Source: Deltaproteobacteria bacterium (GTDB lineage: Bacteria > Desulfobacterota > Dissulfuribacteria > Dissulfuribacterales > UBA3076). From it: 64,000 nt of DNA. Under the pieces are notes generated by a model. It was not told where the DNA came from. It did not search any database and saw nothing but the letters and a program-made list of their open reading frames with translations. A program made the position numbers and the translations under genes. Positions 18,167 through 25,235 of the stretch are shown here, one piece after another. The stretch spans positions 2,994-66,993 of the forward strand of contig PQXE01000004.1 of assembly GCA_003194495.1 (NCBI GenBank), read 5' to 3'. Every line of letters starts with the position of its first letter. Position 1 is the first letter of the stretch.

Positions 18167-18383
18167 GGCATCCTTCATTCTGTAGTTTACACTTTTTCAA
18201 CATAGACGGATGCCAGCCATTAGCTGTTAGCCATTAGCCATTAGGTAAAAACATTGTATAAAAACGGATTGTTAAGCTAAAACCTAACGGCTAATAGCTA
18301 ACCGCTAATCGCACAAGTCATATTTTTTGAGGTATATTATCCCTAAAAGTGTAAACTACTTTTGGCTTGCTATGAAGGATGCC
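18167..18383. repeat. Nested-palindrome element (GGCATCCTTCA / GTTTACAC ends), copy 1
   Basis: ggcatccttcattctgtagtttacac ... gtgtaaactacttttggcttgctatgaaggatgcc, with a TTAGCCA-heptamer hairpin core. It is the reverse complement of 61787-61996. Confidence 0.85.
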
Positions 18384-18395
18384 GATTTTATTCAA

Positions 18396-18436
18396 ACAAA
18401 TTGTAGGTTGGGTTAAGCTGTCAGGCTGCAACTAAT
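18396..18436. repeat. Solo left end of the TTGTAGGTTGGGTTAAGC element
   Basis: caaattgtaggttgggttaagctgtcaggctgcaactaat matches 58402-58440. Confidence 0.7.
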
Positions 18437-18438
18437 AT

Positions 18439-18537
18439 GGACTTATTGAGAAATGACGTTGAATGTTCGGTATTGAATATTTGTTTTTCATTCGATGTTG
18501 GACGTTCGATGTTCGATGTTCGATGTTCGACGTTCAT
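18439..18537. repeat. CGAACAT-arm element, right half only
   Basis: ggacttattgagaaatgacgttgaatgttcgg...cattcgatgttggacgttcgatgttcgatgttcgatgttcgacgttcat, followed by CTGAACC heptamers that run into the glnD stop. Confidence 0.8.
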
Positions 18538-18583
18538 CTTTAGATCTTAAACCTTTGAACCCTGAACTCTGAACCTTTAAACC

Positions 18584-21157
18584 CTAAAACACCCCGCAAT
18601 TTACCGCATACAACAAGGCATTTCGGATCTCCTCCTGCAGATCAGGGGTGCTGATTTTCTGCCTTTTTTTGTCTTGCACGTAAAAAACATCCACTACCTG
18701 GTCGACCTTGGTACCTATCTTGGCCCTGGAAATATTTAAACCAAAATCCGCCAGGGTACGGGTAACATCGTAGAGAAGGCCGATCCTGTCCTCTGCATAG
18801 ACCTCCACGATTGTGTAGAAGTCGGATGCCTCATTGTCCAGGACAACCCGGGCTTGGCGTTTGAGGTATTTCTGCCAATCGCCTGATCTTACCGGCCTGT
18901 ATTTTCCAGCCAGTCGATGGGCTAGTCCCAGCCGGTCGTCCAGGGCCAGGTTCAGATTTCTTTTAAGGGCTTCCCAGTCCTGTTCATCGTAGCCCTTGTT
19001 GACCGAGGATTTCACATCCAGCACATCTATAGCTGTCCCATCCCTTAGGGTGAAAATCTGAGCAGCAAGTACGTTAAGATTGTGAAGGGCCATAATTCCA
19101 AATACCCTGGCAAGGAGTCCGGTTCGGTCATTGGCCATCACGAGCAGGGACCAGTAAGTTCTCCTGTCTTCAGTCAATACCAGGGAAAGTTGATCCGACA
19201 ACTGAGTCTTGAGTTGGGTATGCCTTTCAATGGCCTCGGGAGTAAAGCTCAGTATGTAGTCATCAGGCATTATAGCAAGGCTGTCTTTTCCTTTTTCTCC
19301 GAGCCTGGAGGCTATCTGTTGCTTCATCCAATCTAAGGCCTGGATCCTGTGGTAATCATAGACCTCTGATCCTTCCAGAAAGAGGGTAATTTTCAAGAAT
19401 AGATCGTGCACCAGCGCTGCTTTCCAATCATTCCAGACGCTTGGGCCGGTTGCCCTCGAATCCGCTGTGGAGAGTAGATAGAGCATGTTTAACCGTTCAA
19501 TGTCTTGTATTTCCCCGGCGCATTTCAATATGAGGGTTTCATCTTCCAGGTCCCGTCTCGTGGCAATATGCACCAGATAGAGATGGTCCTGCACAAGGAA
19601 GGAGAGACAAGCGCATTCCTCTGAGGAAAGCCCTATTCTTTTACCGATATCCTTGACTATTTCAGCCCCGCGTTCAGCGTGGTGTCCACCACGGCCCTTT
19701 CCTATGTCATGTAACAGGGCAGCGAGATAAAGTATGTGAGGTGATTCCAATGCCATAAAAATCAGAGACTCTTCCTCCTTCAGACCATGGAGTTCGGCAA
19801 CAGTTTGAAGTAAATGTCTATCCACTGTGTGAACGTGGTAAACATCGTGTTGGGCCAGGGATTTGATCTCAGAGAACTCCGGGATGTAGGCGGCAAGAAT
19901 ACCTGTATCCAGCATGGCATCCAGGACATCCAAAGGCCTTTCGCCATCCTGAAGCGCCTGCAAAAAGGCCTCTGCCATGTATTTTGAGGATCTCAACTCT
20001 TCGTTTATAAGGTCCAGGTTGGCGCTTACAAGCCGTCTTGTCCTGTAATGTATAGGCAGGCCGGTCTTGGCCGCATGGGCAAAGAGCCGCATTAACAGAT
20101 AAGGACATTTTTCAAGTAGTGATGGCTCTGTGAGGACTATGCGGCAATCAATGACTTCTATGCCGGGCTCAAGAATTTTATTTTCTTTGCTGCAGACGGA
20201 AAGGTTAGAAACCTCGTCAACACATTCAAAAAATAGGTCTGATATAACTGCTACGGTCTGTAGATGTCCGTAAACCTCCTTCATGAAGTGTTCCACACCA
20301 AGCATATTGTTACTGTCCTTATAACCAAAGAAACTGGAAACTTCCTCCTGATACTCGAAAAACAGCCTGTCGTTTTTGCGGGATTTAATATAGTGGAGCC
20401 TGTTTCTTATCCTGAGCAGATAATCCCGGGAATCTTCCAGTGCGATCCTTTCATCCTTTGTAATAAGCCCTGCATCTTCAATGGATTTGATATCTTCCAG
20501 TCCAAAAAGGACCTTGGAAGTCCATAAAATCGAATGGATGTCCCGCAACCCCCCCCTGCTTTCCTTAATGTTGGGCTCAAGGAGATAGGCATTGGCGCCG
20601 AAGCGTCTATGCCTTTCTTTTCTGTGAGCAATCATGTCCTCCACAAAGGTCTTTTTTCTGCCCTTTAGAAATCTCTGAATGAACTTGTGCTTCAACCGGG
20701 GAAAGAGTGAGTCGTCTCCATGGATAAACCTGGCATCTAATAATGCTACCTGAAAGTAAAAATCTTTTTCGGCGTCAGTCAGGCAGGCATCAATAGTCCT
20801 CACACCGTGGCCCACTTCAAAACCGGCATCCCACAAGGGATAAAAAACGGATTCAGCAACAGCGGACACCTTGTCTTCCACTTCTGGTTCATAAAGCAAC
20901 ATCACATCAATATCTGAAAATGGGAAAAGTTCTGCTCTTCCGTATCCACCCAGAGCAATCAGGGCCATTTTCTCCCTGGCTTCAGGACAGGCAGAAAGGG
21001 CCTCTGATAAAAAGGCATCCACAATCCTGGTGTGCTCTACAAGGAGTTCCCGTCCCCTGAGCCCTTGCTCCCACAAGGTTTGCAAGGCCTCGCGACCGGA
21101 ACGTAATTCATCCGATTTGGATTGTTGATTGATGATTGATGATTGATGATTTATCAT
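18584..21157 (-). CDS. glnD: [Protein-PII] uridylyltransferase / uridylyl-removing enzyme
   Basis: 857 aa. Nucleotidyltransferase motif GGYGRAELFPFSDIDV, HD domain (HDIGKGRGGHH) and two C-terminal ACT-like regions. The N-terminus MINHQSSIINQQSK is encoded by a GATTGAT heptamer array. Confidence 0.85.
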   Translation of the reverse strand: MINHQSSIINQQSKSDELRSGREALQTLWEQGLRGRELLVEHTRIVDAFLSEALSACPEAREKMALIALGGYGRAELFPFSDIDVMLLYEPEVEDKVSAVAESVFYPLWDAGFEVGHGVRTIDACLTDAEKDFYFQVALLDARFIHGDDSLFPRLKHKFIQRFLKGRKKTFVEDMIAHRKERHRRFGANAYLLEPNIKESRGGLRDIHSILWTSKVLFGLEDIKSIEDAGLITKDERIALEDSRDYLLRIRNRLHYIKSRKNDRLFFEYQEEVSSFFGYKDSNNMLGVEHFMKEVYGHLQTVAVISDLFFECVDEVSNLSVCSKENKILEPGIEVIDCRIVLTEPSLLEKCPYLLMRLFAHAAKTGLPIHYRTRRLVSANLDLINEELRSSKYMAEAFLQALQDGERPLDVLDAMLDTGILAAYIPEFSEIKSLAQHDVYHVHTVDRHLLQTVAELHGLKEEESLIFMALESPHILYLAALLHDIGKGRGGHHAERGAEIVKDIGKRIGLSSEECACLSFLVQDHLYLVHIATRRDLEDETLILKCAGEIQDIERLNMLYLLSTADSRATGPSVWNDWKAALVHDLFLKITLFLEGSEVYDYHRIQALDWMKQQIASRLGEKGKDSLAIMPDDYILSFTPEAIERHTQLKTQLSDQLSLVLTEDRRTYWSLLVMANDRTGLLARVFGIMALHNLNVLAAQIFTLRDGTAIDVLDVKSSVNKGYDEQDWEALKRNLNLALDDRLGLAHRLAGKYRPVRSGDWQKYLKRQARVVLDNEASDFYTIVEVYAEDRIGLLYDVTRTLADFGLNISRAKIGTKVDQVVDVFYVQDKKRQKISTPDLQEEIRNALLYAVNCGVF

Positions 21158-21261
21158 TGCTCTATTGTTCTATTCTCATGCCTTCTCCACTCAAAACTCA
21201 CAAATCAACGGCTTTAGGTTATCGGTGAATCCTGTCATAAGTCTGTTTCTTCATCTTTTCT

Positions 21262-21415
21262 GGCATCCTTCACGACAAGTCAAAAGTAGTTTACCTTTCT
21301 AAGGGTAATATAGCGCAAAAAATATGACTTGTGCGATTAGCTACTCGCCGTTAGCCGATTTGTTGGGCACGCTACGCTTTTTCGAAAAAAGCGTAAACTG
21401 ATGAATGAAGGATGC
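21262..21415. repeat. Nested-palindrome element, copy 3 (short, mosaic)
   Basis: ggcatccttcacgacaagtcaaaagtagtttacc ... aaaaaagcgtaaactgatgaatgaaggatgc. The left half matches copy 2 and the right end matches copy 4. Confidence 0.75.
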
Positions 21416-21427
21416 ATCTTTTCTCAT

Positions 21428-22444
21428 TCAAAATTCGATGTTGGACGTTCGATGTTCGATGTTCATCTTTTTCCTGAACCTCTGAACCTTTGAACCCGTG
21501 AACGGTTTTGCAGAAAGTCTCCTCATATAATAATTTTTTCCCTCATAATTCGTCTCAATAAGTTGACCTTGAGCAATCATATTATGGATAATGGACCAAT
21601 CAGCCCCCGCCTGGGATATAAACTCATCCAATGCCTCTTCCCTCATGGGATGTACAGCGGTAATACTCAGCAGATCTTCCTCAACATCTCCTGTAAAAAC
21701 AAAGGCGTTGCCTTCATAACCTATGAGGTATTCTACGCTGTCATTTTTTTCATTCAAGATCTGATAGGCCCGATTTATCACTTCCTCACCCGGAGGTTGC
21801 ACCCACTTTACTGCGGGCGGTCTTGTGGGAATGGATACATAAGCAATGTCAGAGCTCAGTCGGGCTAAAAAATTACCAATCTCTGCAATATGGTCATCAC
21901 TGTCATTGATATCTTTAACAAGCATTGTCTCAGTTACCAGTTTTCCTTTAAAAATACCCGCAAATTCGAGCATCCCGTCCAAAATGGACACCAGGTCCAA
22001 ATGCCGATGGGGACGATTGATTTTCCGCCAGATCGCTTCTTGCGTTGAATCTATCTTTAAAGAAACCCAGTCAGCCTTCATTAGATCTTTTCTGACATCC
22101 TTGCGCCGGATGAGGGAAGCATTGCTGATCACCGCAATCTTGATCCCCAAAGGCCTCAACAACTCGATCTCACGGCCTAGATTTAAATCCAGGGTCGGTT
22201 CGCCATCAGCTACAAAGGTAAGGTAATCAATGGATTCTCCGATTTCTCTTGCTCTTTCCGCCTTTTCCGCAACCTCTTCCAAAATCTCCCCTGGTCTATA
22301 AAATTCGCAGCGCTTAACCTGCATCTGTGATGTAAGTCCCACCTGACAATAAACACAGGAATACGTGCAAACCTTTGCAGGAATATTGTTAATGCCCAGG
22401 CTGCGTCCCAAACGTCTGGACGGAACAGGTCCGAAAGCCTTCAT
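21428..22444 (-). CDS. Radical SAM protein (COG0731 / TYW1-like Fe-S oxidoreductase type)
   Basis: MKAFGPVPSRRLGRSLGINNIP...CTYSCVYCQ has the CxxxCxxC cluster. The last roughly 26 codons (KPFTGSKVQRFRKKMNIEHRTSNIEF) are repeat-encoded. Confidence 0.75.
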   Translation of the reverse strand: MKAFGPVPSRRLGRSLGINNIPAKVCTYSCVYCQVGLTSQMQVKRCEFYRPGEILEEVAEKAERAREIGESIDYLTFVADGEPTLDLNLGREIELLRPLGIKIAVISNASLIRRKDVRKDLMKADWVSLKIDSTQEAIWRKINRPHRHLDLVSILDGMLEFAGIFKGKLVTETMLVKDINDSDDHIAEIGNFLARLSSDIAYVSIPTRPPAVKWVQPPGEEVINRAYQILNEKNDSVEYLIGYEGNAFVFTGDVEEDLLSITAVHPMREEALDEFISQAGADWSIIHNMIAQGQLIETNYEGKNYYMRRLSAKPFTGSKVQRFRKKMNIEHRTSNIEF

Positions 22445-22558
22445 GATTTTTGTCTGCCTTATCGTGTATTGTGGAATTGATAATTTATGAAAATCGCTTC
22501 GCTACGATATCCTGATATCTTTCCTTCAACAATTTTCAATTGTCAATTATCAATTAAA

Positions 22559-23290
22559 TCAGGAAGTGCTCCCGTCGTCACTGTTATTCTGGTATTGTTT
22601 TAATTCAGAGCGAATCTTGTTAGCGCATTCAGGGCAAAGGCTATGAGTAAATTCAGCTTCTGAATGATCTCTGATGTAAGATTCGATTTGATTCCAGTAT
22701 CCGTTGTCATCTCGTATCTTTTTACATGACGCGCAAATAGGCAAAAGTCCGCTTAGGGTCTTAACTTTTGCAAGGGCTTCCTGGAGTTGATTAATAAGAT
22801 TTCGTCGCTCCTCCTCTGCCTGCAGCCGTTCGGTAATATCGCGGAAAGTGACAAGAATTGCCTTGTCTTTTCTCCAGGGAATCAAGGTCGCTGTCAAATC
22901 CATTTGGAAAACCGGGCCATTGGCATGGAGAAACTTCTGTGTAAATACTGCATCATGTATCTGAATTTTTCCCAGTAGATCTTTCCTTGATAATTTGCAT
23001 GCAGGTGGGAAAAGAATCGAAAAATGATTACCGATAAGGGCCTTGTCTTCATAGCCCAAAATCCGGTAGGTGGCTCGATTGACACTGAGAATCCGGCCGC
23101 TTTCACTATCTATAATCATGATGGCATCCAATGATTTGGAGAAAATAACCCTGAACTTATCCTCCGACTCATGCAGTACCTCCTCTGTTTGCCTGGATTC
23201 CATCTCAGTTGATTCAAATTGAGACATCCTCCTGCGCAGTTCTGTCAATTCACTTAAAAGTTGGTCTTTTGTTTTGTCTTTATCATTCAT
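22559..23290 (-). CDS. PAS-domain signalling protein with a coiled coil and a C-terminal Cys4 (CxxC...CxxC) module
   Basis: Central PAS fold (FRVIFSKSLDAIMIID...ILVTFRDITERLQAEEE), then LLPICASCKKIRDDNGYWNQIESYIRDHSEAEFTHSLCPECANK. No HisKA or HATPase domain. Confidence 0.7.
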   Translation of the reverse strand: MNDKDKTKDQLLSELTELRRRMSQFESTEMESRQTEEVLHESEDKFRVIFSKSLDAIMIIDSESGRILSVNRATYRILGYEDKALIGNHFSILFPPACKLSRKDLLGKIQIHDAVFTQKFLHANGPVFQMDLTATLIPWRKDKAILVTFRDITERLQAEEERRNLINQLQEALAKVKTLSGLLPICASCKKIRDDNGYWNQIESYIRDHSEAEFTHSLCPECANKIRSELKQYQNNSDDGSTS

Positions 23291-23331
23291 ATTGCTCTCC
23301 CCATAAGCTTGGAATTAAGACCTTTCAATTC

Positions 23332-23609
23332 GTAACCGTTCACGGGATTACAACGCCCGTTTTACCGCAACCTATCGAGCTGTAAGCGTTTACAGGGTGC
23401 TGCAGATGCGAGGCGACGGGTACGCAGACGTACTTCCTGTACTTCAAGTGCCCGGCAACAAAGCAGATGCGGTGCCCTGTGAACGTAATCCATCGAACTG
23501 TAAGCGTTTACAGGGTGCTGCAGATGCGAGGCGTACGGGTACGCAGACGTACTTCCTGTACTTCAAGTGCCCGACAACAAAGCAGATGCGGTGCCCTGTG
23601 AACGCTTAC
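23332..23609 (+). repeat. Leader motif plus tandem dimer of the 109-nt long-hairpin unit (forward orientation)
   Basis: Units begin with gtaagcgtttacagggtgctgcagatgcg at 23382 and 23500. They are joined by the linker taatccatcgaact and close with ctgtgaacgcttac at 23609. Confidence 0.85.
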
Positions 23610-23773
23610 TGTAATTCTTTTCGACCTTTAACCTACCTTTCTAAAATTTATGTGTTACATAAGTTGAGCGGTTAGCTGTTAGGGTTTAGATCTGAAAAAT
23701 AAAGGCACTACCTTTGAACCAGTGAACGGTTACAAATAGTCACTATCATTCTTTGCGCGAAAGAACAGATCAA

Positions 23774-25090
23774 ATGGAATTTCAAAATTGTATCAGAAAT
23801 AAATACGGCAAGTGTGATGTCCCGTCCAATACGATCAAAAGAATAAAAGACGGGTTACAGAAACTGAATCTCGAAGTTGGATACTATCCCTTTCAAGTAT
23901 CGGACAACATTTATTGGGGGCGGGTATGGATTGATTCAGTAAGGATAATCTGTAATGGGAAAGGCATTACCCCTGAGCTTGCCGAGGCCAGTGCATATGC
24001 AGAACTGGCTGAACGCCTCAGTGCCGGGCTGTTCTATCCGGTCTTTGAAGAGCAGGTAAGGTTTAACGTTCCGAGCCTTTACAATGAGGAAACCAACAGT
24101 TTTCTGAATTATGAATGGATGGAAGGATATATTTATTCCCACCAGGATGATCTGGAAAATCCTCTTAGAATAGAAGATCTGCTGGCAAATGAAAAACACC
24201 TGACGCATAAGGATATTGAAAATTTAAAAAACTGCAGGATGGCCGGTCACTGGGTTGACGGTTTTTCAATAGTCCGCAACGAGACAGTAAAAATACCGGT
24301 CAATTTTGTTTCTTATATTCACGGATCAAACGGGATGGCGGCAGGAAATACCATTGAAGAGGCGATGATTCAGGCCACATGTGAAATATTTGAACGCTTT
24401 TCCCAAATACAGACAATCAGATCTGAAAAAATCATACCCTCAATTGATTTGGATTCCATAGAAAATGAGACCATAAGGGATATGATTAAATTCTATCAGG
24501 GAAAGAATGTTGACGTAATGATCAAGGATCTTTCCCTTGACGGCCTGATACCCTGCATAGGCGTCCTGTTTATAAACAACAACCTGCGTACTGATCGCCT
24601 GGAACACAGGATCTTGATACCGGGCGTGTCCTTCAATCTGGAGGAGGCCCTGTCAAGGTGCTTTACAGAAAGCATGCAGGGCAGGGAAACCCTTTTAACT
24701 CCCCGTCCCGAGCTGGACAGACCGGTTGTCCATAGATCCAAGGTTAATGACTATTATATGTTAATGAAATGCAGTATTTCTCTGAAAGATATCTCTTTTC
24801 TGGATCAAGGAGAAACCAGGACTTATAAGGATATCAAGATCAACGATGTCCTCAGTGAAATCGAGGAAATCAAAAGGATATGTAAAGCATTCAATACTGA
24901 TTTTATATTATTAAACCACACCCATCCGGTATTAAATTTCCCGGCTGCAAGAGTAATAATCCCACGAATTTCTGATTTTTTACCTTTTTTAAGACAGGAC
25001 GTCCTTGTATCCGGGCCGACAAGACCTTCCGCTATGTGGCGCGGAGAAGAATTCAAGAAAATAATGCAGAGCTTTTTTGCCGGAAGTTAA
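23774..25090 (+). CDS. YcaO-domain protein (ATP-dependent amide-backbone activating enzyme family)
   Basis: NGKGITPELAEASAYAELAERLS and GSNGMAAGNTIEEAMIQATCEIFERF are YcaO signatures. The start is taken as the ATG at MEFQNC; the track uses an upstream TTG at 23753. Confidence 0.8.
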   Translation: MEFQNCIRNKYGKCDVPSNTIKRIKDGLQKLNLEVGYYPFQVSDNIYWGRVWIDSVRIICNGKGITPELAEASAYAELAERLSAGLFYPVFEEQVRFNVPSLYNEETNSFLNYEWMEGYIYSHQDDLENPLRIEDLLANEKHLTHKDIENLKNCRMAGHWVDGFSIVRNETVKIPVNFVSYIHGSNGMAAGNTIEEAMIQATCEIFERFSQIQTIRSEKIIPSIDLDSIENETIRDMIKFYQGKNVDVMIKDLSLDGLIPCIGVLFINNNLRTDRLEHRILIPGVSFNLEEALSRCFTESMQGRETLLTPRPELDRPVVHRSKVNDYYMLMKCSISLKDISFLDQGETRTYKDIKINDVLSEIEEIKRICKAFNTDFILLNHTHPVLNFPAARVIIPRISDFLPFLRQDVLVSGPTRPSAMWRGEEFKKIMQSFFAGS

Positions 25091-25116
25091 AGATAAAGGC
25101 TGAAGGACGTACAATA

Positions 25117-25197
25117 AATGTTGAATTTTGAATGTTGAATTAAGGTATATATCTTTTTAAATCTTCTTCCACAATTCAGCATTCACAATTCAGCATT
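25117..25197. repeat. AATTCAGCATTCA-arm element, short (uninterrupted) copy
   Basis: aatgttgaattttgaatgttgaat ... attcagcattcacaattcagcatt. Its reverse complement aligns with 51845-52047 minus a 119-bp insert. Confidence 0.85.
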
Positions 25198-25235
25198 GTC
25201 CGTAAAGAGATGCAGATGGAGTATTTTGAGCAAAA

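Noticed and set aside
23382-23609. Possible CRISPR array (tandem repeats)
   Set aside because: There are only two 109-nt units joined by a 14-nt linker. There are no unique spacers of regular length and no cas genes, and the units are long hairpins rather than 28-37-nt repeats.
23397-23675. 92-aa ORF (MLQMRGDGYADVLPVLQVPGNKADAVPC...), with similar ORFs at 42478-42750, 55966-56169 and 55785-56099
   Set aside because: They are read straight through the 109-nt hairpin repeats. The repeated peptide merely reflects the repeated DNA, there is no SD, and the frames differ between copies.
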